From NCBI GenBank assembly GCA_002104905.1, contig MCFE01000002.1:62001-126000 (forward strand): a stretch of DNA of 64,000 bases. The letters are read 5' to 3'. Numbering within the stretch: the stretch's first letter is position 1; each line of letters starts with the position of its first letter. The DNA comes from Basidiobolus meristosporus CBS 931.73. Taxonomy: Eukaryota > Fungi > Basidiobolomycota. Shown one piece after another: positions 37,400 through 50,199 of the stretch. The notes under the pieces are model-generated. The model did no database searches. It saw nothing but the letters and a program-made list of their open reading frames with translations, and was not told where the DNA came from. A program made the translations under genes and the position numbers.

Positions 37400-38271
37400 A
37401 TCTCCTGACTTCAATCCTAAAAAATGGTCTATACCCATTACTATTGGTTGAATCGCTATCGTCATACCCCACGACTACCATATCGAACACTTCGCGACCA
37501 AACCAAGAGCGCGCTTTCAAGCCATAATATGGTTGGAGATTGAGCACCAAAGTTTTGAAGCTGTGCGGTAGGTATGGGTTGTAGATAAAATAAAATATGC
37601 ATATATCGGATTGAATGCGCTTATTTAATTTGCAAGACGATCTTGAATAGCATCTCGGATTAACACAACTCACATTACAAGCATGGTAGACATCTATGCT
37701 AGCACGACGATCTTGAAGATGCTTAGTATGGGCTAATACTAAAAGGGGGATATCCCTAGACATCTGCCTTTTCACAATTCCCAGCAAACCCTTGGTTGGA
37801 TTTTGCTGGCCTACATCTTCTCGAGCATCGCATTTGTGTGTTCGTATTATTTCTGAAAACGTTCTGGTGCGCGCACATCAGGTCCATCAACACGAGCATA
37901 TTTTAATATATTTACTTGATATACAGTGCCAAGGAGCTCGTTGGGTATGACCCTTATGCATTACTTGAATACATTGTTGTTTGGTACTAGGATTGCGACC
38001 ATCTTTGCATTACCAAGAGCTGTTTATGTCTAACTGCAAGATTCCAATGATATTTAGCCTGCTCATAATTTAACAAGCGATCATGCAAGCGAAATGGGGT
38101 CGTCCCTGAGGCTTCATTTCGATTCCTAGATGTTTCATAGGTTAATGATGCATATGTCGTGTCTGCTGTAGATATGACTCCACTATCGCGAGAATTAGTA
38201 TTTGCAAGAGACCCTTTATCTATTCGATATGACTCGATATTTGAACCACTTGCCAGTCGTCGTTCAATCAT
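37400..38271 (-). pseudogene. Spliced coding relic, weakly ARF/ARL-like
   Basis: Exon-like segments are bounded by GTGAGT/GTATGA donors and CAG acceptors. DAREDV...GLL...RDIPLLVLAH aligns in register with ARF DSNDRE...ELM...RDAVLLVFAN. The G1, G3 and G4 motifs are not intact and the exon phases do not join. Confidence 0.25.
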
Positions 38272-39490
38272 AGTAAAGGTTTGGTGTACCTGTCAGGGTG
38301 GTCACGTGAAGAGGAGGTCGATAGTTACAGGTTGATCTGTGTTAGTAAGACGGATTGGATTAGAGAGGTTTACTTCGTAAAGGTGTATGGTGAAACTCTG
38401 GTGATGTGTATCTTGCAATTATACCGAAGGTTAGGGGAATTTTCAAATAACCATGGATGAAGTGTGCGCGGTTATATAGAGGCGGTAGGAGATGCAACAA
38501 TGGAATATCCATTTGCGATCATCCTGTCAAAATGGAGATTCCAAGCTCAACCAAAGAATACTATATGGATTCGTGAGAAACCCATAGTTGCCTCACATAA
38601 TGGTGAATCTAGGTTGCATGCAGCGCAACATCCATAATATCTTGCATAAGCTATTTTAAACTGCAGTAGGGTAGATTCCATACTGGCCAATTGTACTACA
38701 CCAATCTGGTGGCAAGTTTTAATTTAGATGTTGAGAAAGTGCCCATTTGAATGTTATTGAAGAAATTCACCAACAAAGGGGCACGCCTTTATGTGCTTCT
38801 ACGTTATTACTCTGACACAATTGGCCGGTGCTCCACAGGCATACCTGCATATAGATAGAAGCTTATACCATGATTAGGAATATCCACTCACTTCTCGGAC
38901 TTAGCCACATCTAGTAAGGCCATGAGACAAATAATCCTCATCCGCATAATGGGTTTATAAATAGATATAGATCCTATTTGAAAAAGAATGTAGATGACCT
39001 GAACGTAGCTTTAAAAGGAATGTGTACCTTTTCTTCCTTGGATTGGAGTGCCAAGCGACATATATTTCTACATCACTTAATAGTAAGTCCGACACACATG
39101 TCTGCAGGTGAATGAACCAGAGATGATATATGCAAGGGGAAGCGTTCCACGCTCATATGGCGGCCTCACACATGGTGACGACCCATAAACACTGCTCTTC
39201 CAGGAACTCTCGATTCTATTGATAAGCTCTAATTTAGCGAAAAACAGGGATGAAGCACATCTCAAAGGTTGGTTGTTTGACTAATACAGTACGCTCAATC
39301 CACATCACAAGTCCAAGACCCAATTCATCATTGTGCTCTCTGTTGCCAAGTTGTTTCCAATTATATCATGTAACAACAACCATGACATTCACGTTTATTT
39401 ATACAATTGAGGAAATGCAAATTCTGTTCTAAACTCCAAGCGAATAATGAATCACTTTTGTAATCAAAAAATATACCTTTGTTAATGCGA

Positions 39491-41785
39491 TTAGTTTCGA
39501 CGACCTCCACCATTTGACACCTGCGCATGGCGTTGTTTAAATGCTTCGAATTCATTCTCGGAGAGTTGCTGCATCTTTGTTGGTAACGGAGGCGTAAATA
39601 GGTGTTTGACAACTGATACTGCTAGCTACTCAACTTACTTTCATGGTGTTCTTGTTGAATCGGTAGGGAATGAGGCCGAGTGTTCCATCAAATCTAATTT
39701 AGAACCGTGAGACTGGGAAACGAGTACCAGTTGGTCAATAATATTCTCAAATTACCTATTCTTTTTGATGTCCAGGAATCGAATCATATCTACTCCAGGT
39801 TGCATAATAATCACATTATCAGCCTCCTGAGTGACTTTACCTGAGCCAAAAATGGAATTCAGCTCTAAAAACTCTCTATCGTCTTTTCTTGGGTGCACTA
39901 CCAGAGTAACGTGCACGTTGTTTTCGGTGGCGAATTTTCTAAACGTCGAGATGGCATTCTCCTGAATTTCCCATTTGTCGAAGCTTCTCCCTTGACCAGA
40001 GGTCATGAATTGTAGGTTATCAATAACCACATGCTGCACATCGTAGGCAAAAACAGCGTGTCGCATTGTTTCAACCACTTCCTGTACCTGTGTGCTTCCA
40101 TGGTATTTAAGATAATGCATTGGTAGTTGCTCAAATTGATTGGCCCAATCCGCAAATTGCTCTGGAGACTCACTCAGGTCCTGATTCGCAAATTGGCAAA
40201 GCATTTTTTTGACCAGACGTACGTTGGGGATTTCGAAACTGCCCCATAACGTGCTAACTCCCGAGGTGCAGAAGTCTAACGTGAGCTGACTCAAGAACGT
40301 GGTCTTTCCGATTCCTGTAGGCCCCGTAATCACTGTCAACTCTCCAGGGCGATGGCCTTTAAGGATAGAGTTCAAGGCGGGGAAATCTTTGGACTGAACA
40401 CCCCGAACTTGCGTTGGGTTCGAAATCTCTAAATGCACTGCGTCACGCAGAATACTGAAGTCTAGAATTTGTTCGTGGCCGAGTGGCTTTGACTTCTTCA
40501 GGATTTCTTCGAGGTTCTTGTTCAGCACCAATGCTTGACTAGCATTGATGGGGCCATCTAACTCGCCGCGGTTAAGTGTGTTGACTATAAGGCATCTATC
40601 GATTCCTAATTTGTCGGCGAACCTACGAGCAATATCTTGGCCCTGGATGTCATCATCGAACCAAAGATATATCTTCTGGAATCTATCCAACATTGGGAGG
40701 GTTTCCAATGGTAGTTGATAAAGTCCGTGAGGTAGTGAAATAGCGGGAATTCCTGTAGCTTGATAGGCAGCCATAGCATCGAATTCTCGTCCTGCGAGAA
40801 TGATTCTGTCCGACTCTGGATGGATCGTATGAAATCCGAACAATCCTGGTGCACCGCTTCTGTCTGGATCGAAAAAGCTCATCTTGGAGTCTGGCCAGGT
40901 ACTAGCCTTGACTCTCACAGTACGGTAATCAACCTCGACCTCACCACTGTCCGTGAGTCGAACTTGATTGTATGCAGTGCGCGGAAAACTTAAACATAGT
41001 TTGCAATTTTCCTCAGACTCGAAGCCGGTCTCTTGATTAGAAATGGTCTTTTTCCCAATTGGATAATAGCCTACTCCGACACCATAGTATTCCAAAGTTT
41101 CTGGCGAAATCCCCTTTTCTTCGGTACACCACTTGAGAATGTCGGGGAATTCCGACAACGGCTGAATCTCGATGTGTGGTTGCTTACTTTCGGTTTCTTG
41201 TGTAAGCAATTTTGCCTGATCGGAGTTTGCTTGGGTCAAAAGTTTGAAATCTTCCCAAGACCCTCTGGACAAACAAGAGGTACATCTGAAGTTTCCGGTA
41301 TCTGTCTTTAGCTGGGCAGTAAAGTTAAACTTGTACGGCTTACGGGGGCACTTTGGGCATTTCACGGCGACCTCGTTAGGAGTGTTAGACCGCTTGGCAT
41401 AATTATAGGTTCTCAGCAAGTATTCACGAATTTCTCGACTTTTATCTACGCTTGAAGTTTTTGCCTTACTCGTGCTTCCGTGGTGTTTTTTTACTAAATT
41501 TACATTCCCCTTGGCGATCTTCTCAGGCACAGCAGGGCTACTATGCATTGAGGTTCTGACACGAGAAACCGATAAACTTCTATACGTACCAAAGTGGTAC
41601 ACAGCTCTCTTTGGAGGCGACCATTTTCTGCTCGTAGTATCAACCAGTAGACTAAGTGAAGGGGACTCAACACTCCCGGTCAAATGCGAGAAAGACTTCG
41701 AAATAGGAAGGCGATTTCCCGCGGAATATCCAATACATCTCACAAAATTTGGATTCCGTAGAGCACCTTTACACTGTGTATACAT
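39491..41785 (-). CDS. TWNK: Twinkle mitochondrial primase-helicase (T7 gp4-like), 3 exons
   Basis: Zinc ribbon CPKC...CTSC; TOPRIM-like region; KGHRPGELTVITGPTGIGKTT (Walker A); TLWGSFEI; VVIDNLQFM; LVVHPRK; SIFGSGKVTQEADN; KNR|FDG. The likely ATG at 41785 gives a presequence-like N-terminus (the ORF track opens at 41911). Confidence 0.93.
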
Positions 41786-42396
41786 AGATAAAGCAGAGTG
41801 GGTTAACGTGAATCTTGGCACTTGGCAAGAGGTAAAAATCGAACCCTTATTAACGCATTGAAGCCGCAGTAGAAATAATATACGAAAAAAAAATGATGGA
41901 TCTATCTGCATACCCTTGAGAAATTCTGCGGTAACTAGGAAATCGCAATTGAATGTGTTTCACACATCCATAAGAATCCTCTTGGATTTCAGGACATATT
42001 GCTAGCCTTACCCTGGATGTATCTTGGAGGCACTACTGGGTTTATGAGATGATTCACTCACCCGTTCTTACTGTCGCAACAAAGTGGGTTGAAATATATG
42101 CCTTTATTTGATTCTATCATATTTGTTGAGGTGAAGTGCGGTAACCCTCGGCTTTGAGCTTTGATGTTGGCAGATAAGGACAAGGAATATACTTCAATGA
42201 CAAATGTAAACATATCTGCTTATAATTTATCAACGAATCAGTACAATGGTGGGAAAAGCGACAGTTTTGACGAAAGGGTGAATTGGAAAAGGGTATAATC
42301 CCCCGGAATACTTGAATTCTACAAAGCAGTAATTAGGAGAGTGAAGCAGGCTGGGAAAGCCTCACAATGGGAATAAGCGTTCTGGAAAATACAGTG

Positions 42397-44133
42397 TTAG
42401 ACGTTCATAGAAACAGTACGTTTACGGAAAAATTTCTTTGTACTACTCAAGATCCCCTTCTTCTCCCTGGTAGGGGAAAGGCTCCCTTGATCGGATAAGA
42501 TTGAAGATTCACTAGTTGTGGCCATGGCTTGGTCACTAGAGGCAGAGCGTCGTTTTGGTGAAGTAGAGCTATGTTGAAACAACCCGGTGGCACTTCGAGT
42601 AAGATTCCGTACAGGACGCTTCAGCGAACTTATCAGACCCTTTTTCTTCTTTTCAGAGGAACCTATGGATTCCGATATGGGGCTACGCTGAATGTCTAAG
42701 GATTTGCTGACTTTATGAGAGCTACGCCTCACACCAGCATCTGAAGTTAGTGATATAATACTGTTTTTGGTACTAGTCTGTGAGTTGTTCGAGAAGTTGC
42801 GTCGGTGAGGCTGTGGGGTTGTTGGGAGGCTGACTGACTTCAGACTACCATCAGTGTGGAAACTATTGCTACTTCGTGTAGGTGTTGTAGAACTGAAATC
42901 TTCATGGCCATCTAGTGATTCCTCCTTCGTTTCTTCGGCAATGGACGGGAGTTGATCTTTTGGCAACTCAATGGGGTAGCCATCATTGAAATCATCAGTG
43001 TGATATATATCAGATGCATTCTTGCTCTCTATTTCGGTCAAGGTTAGCTCTGTTGAATCACTCTCATCGGAAAGACTCATCTCCAACAACTCGGAAACCT
43101 CGATGCTATTCTTCCCCTTAGCTTCAATTACTGAACCAATTGGGGATTGACACAATAAGGGATCCAAATCTTGTTCGGAAGGCGAGGATGTATCTACATG
43201 TAATTGCCTCAACATCTCATTCACTCTGGGTAACGAAGTCTCCACCAATGATGCCTCTCCGTTGGTGTAGTCTGAGTCGTCCTTGTGGCATCCATCCACC
43301 ATTGCTGCACACTGAGACTCTTCCTTAGATTTGCTAATCTCGACAGTACATTTCGAACAATCTGCCGAATCGACTACTCTGCTGGGCTCGTGTGCATGGT
43401 CGGAAGCAATTGCTTCTTTGTCGATTTCTTCGTCAATCAGATTACCCATCTCTCGTTCATTTAGTAGCACATTCATATGTGGTACTTGGGAATGATCCAT
43501 ATTGATGTTAGATGACTTCGATAATGTGATTGTTGGCTGATCGAGCGGAGCATCTTCAGAATTATTTTCATCAGTAGCGGGAACAGAATTGCTTGTTGTG
43601 TCCCTGGCACCTGTTGAGGATGTATGCGTGGATTTTGGCAATTTACTTCTGTCCAGCCGCAAAATAAGAAAATCGTCCTCTTCTGAAGGGTTGTCCTCTC
43701 TCTCAATCAATAGACGATTTTCGGATAACTGTATAGGATCAATTTCTTGATCAGTTTGTAAGTAGAGTTTAACATGTGCTCCGTTACTCTCTTCCTGTTC
43801 AAGCAGCTCCTGGAAATCACGGGCAGATATTTCAGGAATATACGTATTGCTCGATATCCTGGTGAGCTTGACTACGTGACTTGATCTCTCACACTTACAT
43901 TGCTTTCGCTCCTGCTTGCATCGACACCAATGAGGCTTTTGTGTGATAAGATAACGGCCACTCTTAAGACTCAAGTAAAATGCACCCTCACGTATTAGTG
44001 TAGCATAGCGATGGATTTTGTGATGAATGAAATTGGTAGTATTCGCAGTGCCTAGTAGCCCGGCTCCAAACTTGACTCCTGTACTTTCTCCGCTGCCTGG
44101 GTAAGCAGTACCTTTTCGGAATCCGTTAAACAT
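42397..44133 (-). CDS. Hypothetical protein, 578 aa: small globular N-terminus with Cys cluster plus long acidic/Ser-rich disordered region and basic C-terminus
   Basis: Long uninterrupted ATG-started ORF. The N-terminal ~165 aa are complex (HWCRCKQERKQCKC) and the rest is low complexity. No family recognised. Confidence 0.75.
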   Translation of the reverse strand: MFNGFRKGTAYPGSGESTGVKFGAGLLGTANTTNFIHHKIHRYATLIREGAFYLSLKSGRYLITQKPHWCRCKQERKQCKCERSSHVVKLTRISSNTYIPEISARDFQELLEQEESNGAHVKLYLQTDQEIDPIQLSENRLLIEREDNPSEEDDFLILRLDRSKLPKSTHTSSTGARDTTSNSVPATDENNSEDAPLDQPTITLSKSSNINMDHSQVPHMNVLLNEREMGNLIDEEIDKEAIASDHAHEPSRVVDSADCSKCTVEISKSKEESQCAAMVDGCHKDDSDYTNGEASLVETSLPRVNEMLRQLHVDTSSPSEQDLDPLLCQSPIGSVIEAKGKNSIEVSELLEMSLSDESDSTELTLTEIESKNASDIYHTDDFNDGYPIELPKDQLPSIAEETKEESLDGHEDFSSTTPTRSSNSFHTDGSLKSVSLPTTPQPHRRNFSNNSQTSTKNSIISLTSDAGVRRSSHKVSKSLDIQRSPISESIGSSEKKKKGLISSLKRPVRNLTRSATGLFQHSSTSPKRRSASSDQAMATTSESSILSDQGSLSPTREKKGILSSTKKFFRKRTVSMNV

Positions 44134-44949
44134 TATGTAAGAGCGGTCAGTTTGGGCTTAAAGAAAACTAAGCCTTGGAAATCGCAGGCAGTAACTGGAA
44201 GTAATTCAGAACTGACGGAAAATGGCGTTTGGAGGTTGTTAGGAATCAGCGATTACAAGCTAGAGGGATGCTTTACTAAAATCGAAAACGCCCTAGTAGG
44301 TATTGGTAAATATACAGCTCGGTAGCTCGCTCTCCAAGAAAATGACTTCAGCAATTAGCCCAATTCCTTTTAACCTATAATGATACCTATTGAAGAATTG
44401 TGGAGAGCTGTAAAACCATTGGCAAGAAAGTCTTTAAAAATACAATCAAAGTCTTTAAATAATTCAAGGGTCACGGCCTTCCCACCGACTTTGAGTGTGA
44501 AACGGGGAGGGAAGAGTAAATGGGCAATTAAGAGAAAAGGAGCCAACAGGTGAGAGGAAAAGGGGGGACAAATGGATAATTATTATATGATTCAAAAGAT
44601 AAGCAGGTTCTGTACAGTTGAAGATTCACACCTGTGTTATCCAAGTGATGTTGTACCCTAGAATCAACTTTGTGGAGCGTGCGCAAATGAAATGTGTGGG
44701 AAACAGATTAATTTGGTAATAGGTTTAATTGAAGCACTCCGATGTAGAAAAAATGTTTTTCTTTTCACAAATGATCAATCCCTTTCTTGGAACTAAATTG
44801 TCACAAGCTTCAGCAAAACATCACTCTACAAGAGTTTCAAATGAAATGGGTAACCGGCATCTTGGTTATAAGCGAACCTATCACTCGGAGGTTTTCTTTA
44901 CTCGCCAACAGTGAGGTACTCTTGGGAAAAGGCCTACGCATACACATGG

Positions 44950-45750
44950 TGCATCTAAACTTACATCAGTCAGCACGAGTATTACTTTCAATGCCTACTT
45001 TCTGTTTTCGGAATTCTCCTTTATGTGGCCAACTCGTCATCGGCTGTGTGCAGGACATCTATAGATCATTGGTAGGCGACGATGAGGCCATGTTGTCGAA
45101 ATTATCAATCATTAGCTCGTGAATACTTGCCAAACTTGCATCATTTGGTGATTGAGCATTTCCAATGAAATTATTTTCACGTATTCCTGGGGGTTCCCCT
45201 CAATTGCAACCTTGTACCCCTACAACAAAATCCGCCGTTTATGCTGTATATCTTCTGACCCAACCAGCAAGTTCGATTGGGCGTGCACCTGTGTCTTTTT
45301 ACAGCACATTTTTATAGACTGCAAACTCCAAGGATAATGGTCGAATTTTATGTTTTTGATGTTGTTGCAGCACATGACCAATGTAAAAACAACAATCCCA
45401 TTATATCATAATGGCATGTAGGTATATATAAGCGCCCTCAAGTGATGGTCAGTGTGATGGCTGTAGGATGATTTTGGAGCTACCAGTATGACTTGCAAAG
45501 ATAACTGTGAAGATAAATCACGAACGGTAGGGGTGTATGTATTTACAGGACTTCACTCCTGTAGTCAAGTTGTTCTCTAACAGGACCACAGAAGTTCTAT
45601 TTCTCCAGCATCTGTATTCAATTCAACCGAAATAGACGCTTCAGTTAAGTACAAGCTTGCTTTAGTGTTTTTCTTCTAGGAATATCAGAGCGAGTCTTTT
45701 GCCAGTTTGGCCTACAAAGATCGAGTGCAAGCCTTTACAGGGTTTGATAA
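44950..45750 (-). mobile_element. Degenerate Ty3/gypsy RNase H relic
   Basis: A single frame with stops reads VELNTDAGEI...VNTYTPTVRDL...HHTDHHL, matching gypsy RNase H TDAS...NYxxTERELL...TDH spacing. Confidence 0.45.
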
Positions 45751-47249
45751 ATCAGCTGAGCTCGGGCAAAAGAAATTAGTTGGAATTGGTGGATGAGATG
45801 GTTTCCATCCTGTCATAAAGTGTATTTTTGAAGCCTATATCAAACTACTACACGGAATAGTGAATCGTTTGAAATTAACTTGGTAGATTAATTAGTATTG
45901 ATAAATCGGTGACCCAGTGTTATGAGAACTTGATAAATAAAGCCATCATTGAATTTATCAGAGCAATATAATGATACGATGTTAATAAAAATTGGCAACA
46001 GAAAAACATCTGCCTGAGCAATTGAATATTCAATATCCCATTTCAATAAAACCAATATGAATTGGACTACTATTGTACAAAATGCATTCTGTTAAAAGTG
46101 GCTTGGCGACTCGACCTGTGACTTGTTGCAAATCCCATTATTGTTTCTTGGATGCATTGATGTCTGAAATGCGTATATTCCTACACCTACTCCTTGCTTC
46201 TTTACTTGATATGCTAGAATCAGGCTCGCCACGTACTTGATGCACATATCTGAAACTGGCCAACACGTTCTATTTGGGTTAAATATTTGGTATGCATTGG
46301 CTGTTGACGGATTTGTAGTGAAATATACAAGAATTGGACACGCACAGTTGGAGTTTCTTTTCTGAAAAGGAAACCATCTGTCGTCATGACTAGTACTTTG
46401 AATTCACAGTAGTGCAAATTCTAAAGGAGTGGGAAAAAACCCCTTTTTTAGAGTGATTCTCTGAGAATTTTAGAGATGATAGTGAGAACTACGGTGGCAT
46501 CAACTATTACCTCGATATCATTGGCTAGAATGGGATTATCTTTTGATCATTCAATGCCTTGCAATTCTAAATTGTCTAGGCAATGTGTATCAACCTTGTA
46601 TTGGAGTCGAGTACCTAGTGTCATCGAAGTAATAACGTAGCAAACCCATGGAATCTTCACCGATACCTTTCACTCAAAACACGCATTTATCAACACTACA
46701 ACAATACGAAGGACACAACCAAACCAAGTCAAGAGCATAACAATAAAAATAATGATAATGGTATGCTTGCTACAAAGTTCATGCGTAGCTGCCTGCCGGG
46801 TTTGAGAATCTAGTAACAAGTCACAAACCATCTAAGCTCGACCATCGCATTCAGGTCTGTCAGCCGAAATAGAAATATCAAGCAAAAATCAGAGTCCCAT
46901 CGACCCTGGAGTAGGCCTTTTTTGCATTTTTTTAGTCAGAATTAATTGGGCAATGCACTCAGTGATTGTTCTGGACAGTCTTACTTCTCCACAGCAGGAA
47001 CGGTGCAGGTTAATACTCGGGGTTTTTGTCAAAAATCACCCGTGGCAAAGCTTCCTTATTTTCAGTCATTAACCTAACCACACAAGCCATATACCGACGA
47101 GCTTTGGGAACTGTTCCTTCTAGCCGATATAACAATTGCTATTCGTGGTTCATCTTGATCAATTGTCATTTGCATCGAGTCTCAGTCGAATCAGGTTCAA
47201 GATACCATATGAGAAACTCCTCTAACCAAATTCATCGAAACGAGGATTT

Positions 47250-48350
47250 GATATATATGGTACTGTGTGATCATTGGCTGCCCTTTCGATTTTATCCTGA
47301 ATTTATCCCCCAAAGACCAGAGGGAGACACATCAAAAATCACCGCATTTCTTTGCAAGGTAAATTACCGGGGCCAAATCATCATGGCATGCAATAGAGGC
47401 AGATACTGCTCAAAATTGAAAAGCCTTGGTGCAAATAGGACATCCACTGGGTGGATACCATGGTTGTATGCGCATATACACCAATGGCAACCCCTGCAAG
47501 TTTCGTAACCAGCTGATGAGCTCGTAGATGCTCGATGCCTGCCTAACCCACCACCATGTAACGTTTGCCTGGGCTGGCTGTCGGAGTCATTCAATTAGGA
47601 AGTTTGCTCAGCTACCACCCACTGATCATTGATATTATTGCTTGATGGTGTGCATAAAAGTATTCATTTGAGCGGATTTCTAGGATATTCCATCAATCAG
47701 CATTGCGGTTGAGTGGCTTATAGCAGTGGAAAACTGCAAATTTCATTTCATAGATCTGTGAAATGGAGATCAAATCTTGGACACTGATCTTTAGGGTATG
47801 CTTCTCGATCCATACCATTGGTCAAGACTAGAACCCCCCTATACCCAATGGGTAAATTTTTTTTACACCAGGTTCAAAGACTCTGGCAACTACATTCTAA
47901 GATTCTTCCATACTTGTCCGCTCAGCCTCAACATGATTGGTACTCATCCAACCCACCTCGAATTTTCCGATCCAGTCTCTCTTCCGGATGATTTTTTGGG
48001 CCATACCGCTTGAAATTCAAGAATATACTAATCCGGTCAATATAGGTCGGTGATTCAGCTCTCATGCTGTTTGGAAATAGATAGCCCAAATAGCATAAGA
48101 TGTGTAGGTTCGGTATGGGTGTCCCCATTACACTTCGGATCCATTTTCCTCACGGATATGGAAGCATGGAGTGCTAGTTCATCCATGGAAGACTAGTCAC
48201 TTGGTAACCTTCAATTGGTAATCACCGAGTCCAGGTAAGAACCATATATGGGTTTTTGCATTGTTCTTGTCCAGTTTTTTGGGGAGAAATATCAAGTGAC
48301 GGGTGGAATACTACCTCGATGCCTAGAGTGACATTTATGGCTTGACATGC
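47250..48350 (-). mobile_element. Degenerate Ty3/gypsy RT-RNase H relic
   Basis: Frameshifted fragments in gypsy order: FHIREEN, HLMLFGLS (resembles VMPFGL), TYIDRISIF (resembles VYxDDILI), GYRGVL, LVTKLAGVAIG (resembles TDASxxAIG), HPVDVLFAPRLFNFEQYL (resembles HPVAYFSRKL..AEQNY). Confidence 0.5.
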
Positions 48351-49304
48351 AGAAGCTGTCAAAATCGCTCCCATTTAGAAAGCCATTTTGACCCCTACAG
48401 GTTGAGGGGATTATCTGACTCATATATACCATATACGGGTATCTATGGATAATATTTTCTTAGGACTAGGGTTGCGGTGATATCAATACTCGTTTTATCG
48501 TGAAAATTATAAGCCATATGATTTTTATCCCGGCAAAAGCATTCAATCAGTTCAACGGGGGTAGATCAGTCGCAATTTTCGCAACGATGGGCTTTGGAAA
48601 AATCTTTTATTTGGAAATATTGGGATCCTCATTGTATTCCAGCTCACCCAAGTGAAATGGGAAAATCAAGATCCTGCTATAGATATTCCGTCCTTGCGAT
48701 GGGATTAATTATCCTTCACGAGCAGACATGCGTGTTCAACCTCCTAAATAATGCCTCGGAATCTCCCACACATGACTAGCAGTGATGATGGAGCTGTCGG
48801 TCAAGCATGCTCTGCCATCACATTAGGTAACAGTGTCTGATTTAGAAGTGGTGAAACTGTAAAAACGAAGCTGCTGGCATCCATATTTGTCCACCTGGCT
48901 TTTATTGGTTTGCACTGAATCAGATGACTACTTTATTATCAATAAAACATATCTAATTGATCGACTAATATGAAAGTAGTAATGCTGGTTGAAATTTCGA
49001 CCTTCCAGAAATTTGCTGATGATCTCGTAATGATGTTCAACCATGGTAGATATTTGAATATGGGAAGAGTTTAGATCACCCAGTGACTATCTCACCCGAT
49101 ACCACTAGAGTAATCTACTGTCTTTGCTGTGTATAAAATCTCGATGGGTTTCCGATAAGCCTCCAAACTACAAGTCTCACTCTTTCTGCAATCCAACCTT
49201 TCTTCGGTCACTTGTACTAAAACCTTTTATAAATAAATCTTTACATATTCCTTCCTCACCAGTTAGAAGCTCCGGCTACATTCTATTGAAACAAAGCATA
49301 TACT

Positions 49305-49750
49305 ATGAAGTCAACCAATAGCCGCGAAGAAGTTATCACTGCGCTCCGTGGATTACAGTTCGGCATCAAGGAGGACTCCCTGGAAATACTAGTCATGAAG
49401 CATCCTGTTGATCCATATCTTCCCTGGTGTGTATTCGAGTTTACCATACTCGAGGGAGTTCACGTACGGATGGAAATTAACAGTAGTGGTTACACGGTAC
49501 GTTTAAGCAATACTGTGCTCCATCGTCGATTATACTAACAGACGTTCGTTCGCAGATTACCAGGGCCTCAGTTGAAAACCCCAACAACTCTTTGTCCGTT
49601 GCGCATTACGAACAAGTAGTAAAGAAAATGGTACTGGAATATCATGGAAGCTTAGAGTCCGTTATGGCAAAGGCAAGTCCTTACTTCTCCGGTCGCTTTG
49701 GCTCGACCAAGCAAGCTAGGGAAGCGCAATATTTCGAATGCTGCCGCTAA
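49305..49750 (+). CDS. GSKIP: GSKIP-domain (DUF727) protein, 2 exons
   Basis: FEFTILEGVHVRMEINSSGYT|IT...GSLESVMAKASPYFSGRFG, joined by a phase-0 GTACGT...CAG intron. This matches the GSKIP pattern TxE...E....G...SL..L...SP.Y...FG. Confidence 0.65.
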
Positions 49751-50199
49751 ACCATGCTGTCGGCCTTATTCACCCCAAGTCACTTATCGTCTGAACGGGT
49801 TCGGCGTAGTTTCATCAATACTCTGCCAGTGTTATTTGCAAGTATCGATGTAGCTTTTGTGATTTCTTTACTATTCATTTTCTTGAGGCTTCGCTCGGCG
49901 TTTAATCAATCGTTTTTCGTATCTGCTTACCGAAGTGAAACTCGAGTCCACTTTCAACAGGCGATCAATTAGATGTACGGCGTTAAATGATCGGAGATGT
50001 CATGTATATACATAACAACCGCTTCTGAGTTCCTTGACGGTTTTCTTCCCGATTTCTATTATTTAAGTTTTATATTCTGGTGTAAGTTATTGATATTGTT
50101 TAACATTGAAGATACGAAATCCCCTTACATTACTTTTATATTTCTATACATATTTTGCAAAACTATCACCGGGATTGTCGCTTACTTTTACTACTATCT

